64,000 nt of DNA from IMG/VR virus record IMGVR_UViG_3300046616_000314, positions 62,001 through 126,000 of that record; one strand, written 5' to 3'. The notes beneath the pieces were generated by a model. The model worked only from the letters and a program-made list of their open reading frames with translations. It searched no databases and was not told where the DNA came from. Of the stretch, positions 56,715-64,000 are shown one piece after another; the first letter of the stretch is position 1, and each line of letters starts with the position of its first letter. The translations under genes and the position numbers were made by a program.

Positions 56715-57055
56715 TGGAATTTCAACTTGAACATCAGAAAGTCGTCTTCGCTTTCGAACACGAATTTCTTTTTGCAGCATTTTTCCAGTTTGCGGAGTGC
56801 GTAACCAACAGTTGTCGGCATAGCAGACCAATTGCCTACCGTTCCTGCCAGATGGTCGGTGAGACGCTGATAGAAGGCGCGGGTTTCCTCATCACATTGC
56901 GAATAGTTGTCGCTATGGTTGTTGAGTCCGAGTTTGTGGAACGGAAGATCGATTTCGATGATGTTGGGGTTTCCGCGCATACGAAGATGCAATCCGTTCA
57001 CCTTGCCACAGGCAACGGGATAGACCACACCAGCAGTACGCGGAACAAATGTCAT
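56711..57055 (-). CDS. FKLK-motif family protein
   Basis: GNW; FVFESEDDFLMFKLKFQ*. Confidence 0.8.
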   Translation of the reverse strand: MTFVPRTAGVVYPVACGKVNGLHLRMRGNPNIIEIDLPFHKLGLNNHSDNYSQCDEETRAFYQRLTDHLAGTVGNWSAMPTTVGYALRKLEKCCKKKFVFESEDDFLMFKLKFQ

Positions 57056-57369
57056 TTGCGATACTCGAATTTAATTTTGAACAACGCGCATTCATCAACA
57101 TTCTCAAACGCAAACGTCTTGAGAATGATATCATTTCGCCCCGGTCCCCGTCGTGCGCGTAGAGCCGAAACTTCTGTGCCATGATTGCGATAGGCGATCC
57201 AGGCGCCCTTCACGTGCTCCATATGAGCGGACAGCTTGCCGTAAATCTCTTCATCGGGTACGCCCCACGGAATCAAGACATCGACGGTGAGCGCATTCAC
57301 AAAGACGTACTCAGCCGCACGCTCGCATGACATGATCCAGCCACCGTGGATCAGCATGGGGCAGACCAT
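57052..57369 (-). CDS. FKLK-motif family protein
   Basis: KGAW; FAFENVDECALFKIKFE. Confidence 0.8.
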   Translation of the reverse strand: MVCPMLIHGGWIMSCERAAEYVFVNALTVDVLIPWGVPDEEIYGKLSAHMEHVKGAWIAYRNHGTEVSALRARRGPGRNDIILKTFAFENVDECALFKIKFEYRK

Positions 57370-57758
57370 TTCATACGGAAAAGCATACGATCCTCTTCGC
57401 TGAAGAAAATCAGACTATACACGGAATAGCGATTAAAACGCTCGCAAAGTTCTCTTCCATCCCGAAAATGGTCAAGATAAGTTTCGCTGAAGACCGGAGT
57501 ATAGCCAAGGGTTGTTTCACACCATTCCCTGATGTTGTCGTGCAGATTCGTGCGCTGTTCACCCGTTGGTTTGCCATCGGCGGCGAGCACGACCTTGGGA
57601 CCGAACATCGAGCGATTCACCGCATGATCGCGATTATGGTATTCCCAACGAATCAAGTACAATTGAGCTTGGAAGTGGGCTGTCCAGCCTGAACGAATGG
57701 AGCCTGTCTGCACGTTTCCCGTGCGTCCATCGACAAAATGTAAAGGCAGCATGGACAT
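57351..57758 (-). CDS. FKLK-motif family protein
   Basis: IREWCETTLG; FFSEEDRMLFRMKWS. Confidence 0.8.
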   Translation of the reverse strand: MSMLPLHFVDGRTGNVQTGSIRSGWTAHFQAQLYLIRWEYHNRDHAVNRSMFGPKVVLAADGKPTGEQRTNLHDNIREWCETTLGYTPVFSETYLDHFRDGRELCERFNRYSVYSLIFFSEEDRMLFRMKWSAPC

Positions 57759-57781
57759 AAAAATTTGGTCTCCAAATATAA

Positions 57782-57811
57782 ATTATGGGGATGGTCGCCC
57801 ACCCCCATAAT
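57782..57811 (-). terminator. Intrinsic terminator-like hairpin closing the intergenic transcript
   Basis: ATTATGGGG..CCCCATAAT stem followed by a T-rich tract on the minus strand. Confidence 0.65.
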
Positions 57812-57990
57812 CTCCTGTCGTAGTCCGCACTTTACTTCAAGACACTTCTATATGTCGCAGCGTACCGCAACATCAACCAACACTTCTATATGCCAGTCTA
57901 TCATAGCTTCTTAGCTTGCGCTCCACTAAGACCACCCCACGGGCTTCAATTACATCGGGATCGGGGCGTCGGGTCTGTTCCCCACCGAGA
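57782..57990 (-). ncRNA. Candidate ~200-nt non-coding RNA
   Basis: No substantial ORF; own promoter and terminator; AGC-GCAA-GCT tetraloop hairpin; 13-nt direct repeat at 38-nt spacing. Confidence 0.4.
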
Positions 57991-57995
57991 ATTAC

Positions 57996-58023
57996 ACTCT
58001 ACTATACTCTAAAATTCTGTCAA
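57996..58023 (-). promoter_or_regulatory. sigma70-like promoter
   Basis: TTGACA-N16-TAGAGT. Confidence 0.6.
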
Positions 58024-58027
58024 GCAC

Positions 58028-58270
58028 TTATTTGTACCAACCTGATCGCACCGCGTTTTCGATACGAAAGGTTTCGAAATTCCGTATCATAACCAATCGG
58101 ATAGCAGCCATGTATGCCAGCCAATTCAAAACTGGGACAAGGGCGACTAAGATCATGACCACCATAAGCTCATCGTCATGGTATGCCTTGTGATTATCCA
58201 AAACATAGACTGTTGAGCACGCGGCGGCGCCTGTGATGTATATGACGAAGAATATAAGTGCGCTAATCAT
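58028..58270 (-). CDS. Small membrane protein
   Basis: Two hydrophobic helices, VPVLN motif. Confidence 0.6.
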   Translation of the reverse strand: MISALIFFVIYITGAAACSTVYVLDNHKAYHDDELMVVMILVALVPVLNWLAYMAAIRLVMIRNFETFRIENAVRSGWYK

Positions 58271-58514
58271 AGGCGGCAACCGACTGCACACGACGGTCAG
58301 GGATCGACCGCCAGAACAGGTAAGCTTTGTACAATGACGCCACAGCCAGATTCACAAACGGAATGACGGACGCGATAAGAAGGACTACCCCAAACAGGGC
58401 AGAATCGCGGAAAGCCTCGCCTTCAACGTTATCATCTTCGATCCACAGGAACGCACACCACAGACCACCTATGGCATATTGCAAAATAAGGAAGCTTTGT
58501 ACGAACGAGGGCAT
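58263..58514 (-). CDS. Small membrane protein (probable paralog of its neighbour)
   Basis: Two hydrophobic helices, IPFVN motif. Confidence 0.6.
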   Translation of the reverse strand: MPSFVQSFLILQYAIGGLWCAFLWIEDDNVEGEAFRDSALFGVVLLIASVIPFVNLAVASLYKAYLFWRSIPDRRVQSVAAYD

Positions 58515-58545
58515 CCCAAACGCATACTAAAATGCGCGGAAGGTG

Positions 58546-59925
58546 TCAATATTTTCGTTTTTGGAGCAACGCCGAATAATTGACCGGATGGCGCACTAGT
58601 TCTTTTTCCAATTCGCTAACGAATTTTTTGATCGCCAGCTTCCAACGCTTCGGGGCATTGTCTTTCAGCGCACTAAAGAAACTACTAGTGAAACCAACGT
58701 GACCCTTCTCGGCTTCCGTCAATCCAACGAACACATTGATAGCATCCCGCAAGGTCGGAGGGGCAGGAAGATAAACGCTGTATTTTTTAATCATTTCCAA
58801 CAGATCATAGAAGTCAGCGATTGCCGAAATAATTTGCGGATCGAATTCAACCGGAGAGGTCAAATAAGGTTCCGCAACACTTCCGTCCGTAGGATGTTTC
58901 TTCTTTTGATCGGGATGGCGCAACACGTTGTATTGGATCATGTGTTGCATTTCATGATGCAAGGTTTTCTTGATACGATCCAATGCAATTTCCAACTCAC
59001 CTAACTTCGCTCCGTTAGGATAATTCTTTAGCGCACCGTTGGTTGGCTGAATGACAATAGAATTCATATCAGGATAATATGCAGCCATGGTCGTTTCGTT
59101 TTCGGGTTTCCACTGCATACCGATGAAGAAATAGCCTTTCCGCACTGGGGCTAGTTTCTGATAGCTTAGAGGTAAGTCTGTAATATCAAATGTGAATGTT
59201 TTGAGATCAAATTTCTCTGGATAATCTTCTTTCGGAATTCTGACGCCATGTTTCTTACATACGTCTTGGAATTCCTGCCACAGAGCCGCATTCTCTTTGG
59301 TCTGGAACATCGGTGTCAGGTCGCGCCATTGATCCCGAGCGTGCCACAAAATCTGTGTGACGACCCAATGATAAGCGAGGACCATAGCAAGAGGCGGGAC
59401 AGCGATCACGCCTTCCATTAGCACGTTGGTATGGGCTTCCAAAGCTTCGGTGAACGTCGCAGCATTTTTAAATTTTTCAAAATGGGGATCGTAGGTAACG
59501 GTTGCCTCGATTTCGTGGCGCCCTGCCAGGATTTGAAGACAGATGCGGTGATGCCCTTCCATGACCCAGTACATACCGTTGGGTAGGGCGACCAATTCAG
59601 GAAGCGGAGCGGTATCCCAATGACTTAGAACTTTTTGGAGATTTTTCAGCCCAACACCGTTTTGATCTTGCGTAACGAGCTTTTCAACCGGAATGAGTTG
59701 GGTCTTGTGGGTTTGGGTTACGATTTCCTCATAGGGAGCCTTACCCATGAGCACCTTCAAATACTCTGGGTTCATGTCTTTCTCGTCGTGGTTCAAACCG
59801 AATGAAGAGAAAGGAATGTCAATATCTTCCCAATTTTTGGTTTCGCGATTGGAATGTGTTTGTGCAAAGAAACGCAGTAACTTAAGCAGGTTCTTTTGTT
59901 CGTCTGAAGTGAAAGGCTTAAGCAT
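58546..59925 (-). CDS. Two-domain protein: ParB/Srx-like domain + zincin (HExxH) domain
   Basis: IPVEKL..WVMEGHHRI..EIEATV; TLHHEMQHMIQ..YLTSPVEFD. Confidence 0.7.
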   Translation of the reverse strand: MLKPFTSDEQKNLLKLLRFFAQTHSNRETKNWEDIDIPFSSFGLNHDEKDMNPEYLKVLMGKAPYEEIVTQTHKTQLIPVEKLVTQDQNGVGLKNLQKVLSHWDTAPLPELVALPNGMYWVMEGHHRICLQILAGRHEIEATVTYDPHFEKFKNAATFTEALEAHTNVLMEGVIAVPPLAMVLAYHWVVTQILWHARDQWRDLTPMFQTKENAALWQEFQDVCKKHGVRIPKEDYPEKFDLKTFTFDITDLPLSYQKLAPVRKGYFFIGMQWKPENETTMAAYYPDMNSIVIQPTNGALKNYPNGAKLGELEIALDRIKKTLHHEMQHMIQYNVLRHPDQKKKHPTDGSVAEPYLTSPVEFDPQIISAIADFYDLLEMIKKYSVYLPAPPTLRDAINVFVGLTEAEKGHVGFTSSFFSALKDNAPKRWKLAIKKFVSELEKELVRHPVNYSALLQKRKY

Positions 59926-61510
59926 CTTCGGTACCTGTCAATCCATAACGAGAAAGTTGTAATATCTGTTCGGCACGTTCGTCTTTGCCATAGGTGAGAC
60001 GGAGGACACCTAAAACTTTAGAGCGAATTTGCGCACTACGAGAACTAATATGAGCGTATTCAGTGAGAATATCATTGAAATACGCCAGAGTAATGTAATC
60101 ATGCTTATCGATGATCACTGAAGCAACTGACCGGAGCCAACTATACTCATCGTCTCGCAATAGTAATTCGCGAGCAAATAGTTCTGGAATAGTATTGCTA
60201 TGAATAAAACTATGAAGCATTTGCGCATACTCGCGCGGATTCGTGATATTCGAGATAGCACGGGTTTTGACAACATTCGGGAAGAATCGAATGAATGTCG
60301 AATGATCCTTCAGAAATTTTAACGAATCAAATTCGAAATCGGCTCCACATTCAACCGCGAGTGTTTTAAATCTGCCCGTCTTCTGACTATTGTCCAGCAC
60401 TTCTTTTGCAAATGTATCGAGTAATTGCACGTATTGTTGGCGTGTAATAAGCGGTTTCATGAAACGGGTCATGATCCAAGGTTCTTCAGCCACGGCGGCG
60501 AAGATTTCTTCTGGTGATACGTTAGGTAGGTAATACGGATAGATGACGTTGACTGCCCACGAATCTTTCAACCACTGTTGAATAATGGTCGGCACGTTTT
60601 TCCAATTGAATTGGAGGTTGTCTAGGAATGTATCATCGGAACGGAAATCACCAATGTAATCCATGATCTGAGTGTTCTCAGTCTCATTGGTATTACCTTT
60701 ACGATTATTAAGAAACTTGAAGAATGAATTTTGGTTCTTCAACCAGATGTCATATAGCGATGGGGTTCTTTTGGGAGCGGGTGTGTTGTGAATGACTTCG
60801 ACAACCCGGAAGGATTTTTTACTAAAGAACAACGCTTGGTTGGGCTCGTTTTTGTGAATGATCCCATAGCCAGGATCAACCAGACCGGCGTATCCAAGTT
60901 GACTGAAGATACGTGACCACCGAGTTGTCATCTTGGCTTGTACGGCAGATTTTTCCGCTGTTTTCTTATCGAGTGCAAACATGCGAGTGATGTTGAACAT
61001 CTTACCCGCCCACGTGTCTGTAGAAGCGTTATATTCGCCATCATCGATAATGTGTTCATCGTCATAACCGAGAGCCTTCAGCTTCTCGATATCTTCGTTC
61101 ATGTCGCGTTCTGTATACAGTTCAAAATCCAGCATCTTGCCGGTTGGTTCCAGAACGTAAATGTATGGACGCTCGCCAGCGAAAGGAACTTTCACTTCTA
61201 CAGCAGAAGAATTTTTCAAGACATAATTGACGGGGTAGGCGTAGATACCCAAAGGCGTACCATAACCGTATGTAGGGTTGATCCCAATCTTAGGTCCGCG
61301 AGCATTGTGGACATGACCTTTGGCTCTTACGCCATCTTCGGTCTTTTTAACTTTTTGATTGCCTGCATTGTTGGCAGATAGAACGCCGACATCGGCAGTG
61401 AACGATAGAAACACGTCTTTGTCTGTGTACTTGCGCAGTTGTTTCATAACCGGAGCCTTCTGATTTTGTTCAGGATTCCGGCGGGCTTCGATCAGTTCAT
61501 GAAAACGCAT
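59918..61510 (-). CDS. RRNP-family protein 4 (putative packaged ART-fold effector)
   Basis: MRFHELIEARRNP; start moved to the TAATG overlap at 61510. Confidence 0.7.
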   Translation of the reverse strand: MRFHELIEARRNPEQNQKAPVMKQLRKYTDKDVFLSFTADVGVLSANNAGNQKVKKTEDGVRAKGHVHNARGPKIGINPTYGYGTPLGIYAYPVNYVLKNSSAVEVKVPFAGERPYIYVLEPTGKMLDFELYTERDMNEDIEKLKALGYDDEHIIDDGEYNASTDTWAGKMFNITRMFALDKKTAEKSAVQAKMTTRWSRIFSQLGYAGLVDPGYGIIHKNEPNQALFFSKKSFRVVEVIHNTPAPKRTPSLYDIWLKNQNSFFKFLNNRKGNTNETENTQIMDYIGDFRSDDTFLDNLQFNWKNVPTIIQQWLKDSWAVNVIYPYYLPNVSPEEIFAAVAEEPWIMTRFMKPLITRQQYVQLLDTFAKEVLDNSQKTGRFKTLAVECGADFEFDSLKFLKDHSTFIRFFPNVVKTRAISNITNPREYAQMLHSFIHSNTIPELFARELLLRDDEYSWLRSVASVIIDKHDYITLAYFNDILTEYAHISSRSAQIRSKVLGVLRLTYGKDERAEQILQLSRYGLTGTEDA

Positions 61511-62247
61511 TAAATTTTCTCCGCAACGGAGAAGAAATTGCTTCCATCTTTTTTGAGTAATTTCAGATCGGTCTTGAGCATACGCCAGCATTCGGAAGGA
61601 TGGATCGTCCCCGCATGGGCGACGTGCATACCACGGTTGATCGCTTCGATCTTCAAATGATCGGGCATCTTCTTCAGCACACGTTTGCCGCCTTGAGCGA
61701 AGTAAGCGTACTCGCCATCAAGAACACGTTTGCGTTGATTTTCGGTCATGCTCCAACCGATGTAATCGTACAGTTGTCTACCGGCATAATCTGATTGCGG
61801 CAGAGAACATTTATAACCAACGGTGACGGGATGCCCATAGCGACCCATTTGTGTGATGGGCTCAGAATTGTGGCTATAAAATTCACCGATGGAATCTTCG
61901 TCAGGCTGCACGTCTACGAGATCGGCGCCTTTGATAACGAACACATATCCATAAGGATCGGTTCGCATATCGTCTTTGAAATCGCCAGCGGCTTCTTGCA
62001 TGGCATGAGTAAAATTGCCACCAAGGGCATACATGATGGCGTATGCGATATCGGATGTAATATAGACGCGCCCGGCAACAGGAGCAAGCATACCCTTGCC
62101 TTGGGTCTCGCGACCTTTCAGACCTTCGGTAGCAACGACATTGGCTGCACGAGTCGATGACGTGCCGTGATAGTACGTTTTTGCACGAACGTTATCGTCC
62201 GGTGCAGCCTCGTCAATTTCGGTACCAAATAATTCGTGAAAACGCAT
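61510..62247 (-). CDS. H-Y-type ADP-ribosyltransferase-fold protein with capsid-targeting-like N-terminus
   Basis: MRFHELF..IDE; YYHGTS..EGL..VYITSDIAYAIMYA..YVFVI..PDED. Confidence 0.65.
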   Translation of the reverse strand: MRFHELFGTEIDEAAPDDNVRAKTYYHGTSSTRAANVVATEGLKGRETQGKGMLAPVAGRVYITSDIAYAIMYALGGNFTHAMQEAAGDFKDDMRTDPYGYVFVIKGADLVDVQPDEDSIGEFYSHNSEPITQMGRYGHPVTVGYKCSLPQSDYAGRQLYDYIGWSMTENQRKRVLDGEYAYFAQGGKRVLKKMPDHLKIEAINRGMHVAHAGTIHPSECWRMLKTDLKLLKKDGSNFFSVAEKI

Positions 62248-62250
62248 CCA

Positions 62251-62496
62251 TTATTTATAGTGGAGTGCGAACGCCTCGTTAGCTAATCGTTTGGCTTCGA
62301 CCATAGCATCTTCTTTGAGCAAGAACGTTTCGCCTACTGCATGTCTAGTCTCAGGCGAATGGATAACGTACGTGCGATTGCTCAGTTCAAGGACATCGAA
62401 ACGAATACGAACATCGTCGTATTGTTCATCATTCTCGCGGTCGATTTCATCGGGGAAGACGTGCCAGTGATCGGCAATGGTATTGGGCGGAATCAT
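62251..62496 (-). CDS. Hypothetical protein
   Basis: SD GGAG; stop codon overlaps the late promoter. Confidence 0.55.
   Translation of the reverse strand: MIPPNTIADHWHVFPDEIDRENDEQYDDVRIRFDVLELSNRTYVIHSPETRHAVGETFLLKEDAMVEAKRLANEAFALHYK
62252..62259 (-). promoter_or_regulatory. T4-late-like promoter TATAAATA
   Basis: TATAAATA-ATGG-ATG (gene start 62247). Confidence 0.75.
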
Positions 62497-62846
62497 TCTG
62501 GTGGAATCTCCTTGCATAACTCACTCAATTCATCAACGCTTTGAGATAAAACGTTAAACAGTTGATCTAAGCCCTTTTGATTTACATTATTCTTGAGAGC
62601 TTCATTATATGCTTTTTGTGCAGCATCAACGGCGGCACTAGCATCAGATAATTTCAAAATAAAATTTGACATATATTAATCATATCGAAAAATTACCAAA
62701 AATTCAATTTATTTCGCAACCTTTCATCCCGATCACGCACCAAAATTGTATGGACGCGGGGGATTCAGCCCGAATTGTCCATCATAATAGGTGAGCCTGT
62801 CACAAACACCCTGGCTCGTCTCCTAATAGATGAAAGGAACCCAAAC

Positions 62847-63059
62847 ATGCAAATCCTAGAGCTTGATCCCGTGTGGACCCTGAACCTCAACACCAATGAC
62901 CTTCGGCTCGTTTTAAAGGCTCTAGGAGGGCGTTTACGAGAGGATGACACCAAGGATGCATTCGACCTTGGAGAACGGCTCACAGAGGCTCGTATCAGCG
63001 TCACACGGTCGCGGCTGAAGGCTATCGACAAGCTAGAGGAAAACTTTCGTAAGCCTTGA
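62847..63059 (+). CDS. Hypothetical protein
   Basis: SD AAGGA; start moved to MQILEL. Confidence 0.6.
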   Translation: MQILELDPVWTLNLNTNDLRLVLKALGGRLREDDTKDAFDLGERLTEARISVTRSRLKAIDKLEENFRKP

Positions 63060-63083
63060 CAATTTACGGAATTTTGGTAGTCT
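63056..63083 (+). promoter_or_regulatory. sigma70-like promoter
   Basis: TTGACA-N16-TAGTCT, six nt before the ATG at 63090. Confidence 0.65.
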
Positions 63084-63089
63084 GTTCGA

Positions 63090-63416
63090 ATGAACAAGGT
63101 GGAACTTCATCTTCTCGAAAAAAGCCGCTATGTGGCGCGACCAGGGAAACTCCTAAAGGACTTCCCTGATTGTGCCATTGTGGTGTTGGAGTATCGCATA
63201 TCGTTCTATCAAAATTTCGATATCGAGTCTGTTCACAACGAGATTACTAATCTGGTGATTGGTAAACTTGAAGGTAAATGGTCTCGGCGTAATCCTCATG
63301 GTTGGCAAGAACAACGTGAAATGGGTTACAATATCAGACAAACGTTCCTTTTCGAACGCGAAGAGGACGCGATGATGTTCAAAATTCTAACGAGTGTGCT
63401 CCCCTATGTTCAATAA
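63090..63416 (+). CDS. FKLK-motif family protein
   Basis: LEGKW; FLFEREEDAMMFKILT. Confidence 0.75.
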   Translation: MNKVELHLLEKSRYVARPGKLLKDFPDCAIVVLEYRISFYQNFDIESVHNEITNLVIGKLEGKWSRRNPHGWQEQREMGYNIRQTFLFEREEDAMMFKILTSVLPYVQ

Positions 63417-63867
63417 GCTGGTTGACATCGCGAAAGACGCTTGGAAAACGTTTCGGGAAGACGAGACGATTGCTCGTGTCAACGTGCGTGTGCCTGAGAA
63501 AATGGTCAGCACGGATCAAGATGTTCTCCAACTTCTGGCGCAACTTCGCACCACATGGCGTGCAAATATGGCGACTGGGGCTATTTCTCCTAACACACCG
63601 ATGCCAGTTCCACCGATTCCCGGTATCCACCGGAAGTCTTTCAACATCCAAGCGGGAAGCCAGCAGTCCAATCGCTATGGGCGCCCTGGCAATGCCTATG
63701 ATTGGGCTGAACCAGAAATTCTCGAATGGTTGCAAAAGACCTATCGCTATCCTGTCGTGTTGACCCGCTATTTCGACTACGGGACTCAGCAGCAAGAATA
63801 TCGCGTGACGTTCAAAACGGACGAACATGCGTCGCTGTTCATCCTGCGCTGGGTTGGCAATAAATGA
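63406..63867 (+). CDS. FKLK-motif family protein
   Basis: ILEWLQ; TFKTDEHASLFILRWVG. Confidence 0.7.
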   Translation: MFNKLVDIAKDAWKTFREDETIARVNVRVPEKMVSTDQDVLQLLAQLRTTWRANMATGAISPNTPMPVPPIPGIHRKSFNIQAGSQQSNRYGRPGNAYDWAEPEILEWLQKTYRYPVVLTRYFDYGTQQQEYRVTFKTDEHASLFILRWVGNK

Positions 63868-64000
63868 GCCATGAAATGCTCATAAAACACGCTCTGTTCG
63901 GTAAGGTGTGGTACCCGGTGATCTCTATGGAAGAGGACGTGGGCATACAACCGTCTATCAGCTTTCAAAATTGGGCGAAAAAACATATCGCGGGTTTCGA

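Noticed and set aside
57842-57892. CRISPR array
   Set aside because: Only two 13-nt exact copies, related rather than unique spacers, and no cas genes
57782-57990. tRNA or tmRNA gene
   Set aside because: No T-loop GTTCGA motif, acceptor stem or CCA end could be identified here or elsewhere in the window
59918-61591. ORF-track start at 61591
   Set aside because: Paralogs start at MRxxEL; the ATG at 61510 overlaps the upstream TAA

Overview
A 64-kb, gene-dense segment of a large lytic (jumbo-type, T4-superfamily-like) bacteriophage genome. The host is probably an alphaproteobacterium, inferred from the IleRS C-terminus. I recognised no structural, packaging or replisome genes, tRNAs, rRNAs or CRISPR arrays. 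Recognisable genes: class Ia ribonucleotide reductase (nrdA, 5'-truncated by the window; nrdB), glutaredoxin, full-length isoleucyl-tRNA synthetase, dNMP kinase, SLOG protein, CoaB-like/class II aldolase-like fusion, PTH2-type peptidyl-tRNA hydrolase, metallophosphoesterase, HNH/NUMOD3 endonuclease, EXD2-like HNH protein, DEDDh exonuclease and a VWA protein. Three things stand out. (1) A release-factor-1-like gene (42624-43325) has an in-frame UGA exactly where RF1 has Trp, followed by a hairpin, which suggests programmed readthrough; the ORF track misses this. (2) About 59 small, divergent ORFs share the motif F-x-x-x-E/D-D/E-A-x-x-F-K-L-K-F/W/Y and sit in translationally coupled arrays. (3) Seven larger genes begin with a T4 capsid-targeting-like peptide (MRxxEL/IxE); five of them lie directly behind TAAATA-N4-ATG (a late promoter, apparently leaderless), and all seven appear to encode ADP-ribosyltransferase-fold or polyvalent effector domains, consistent with a packaged, injected effector arsenal. 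All family assignments come from motif recognition by eye; no searches were run.
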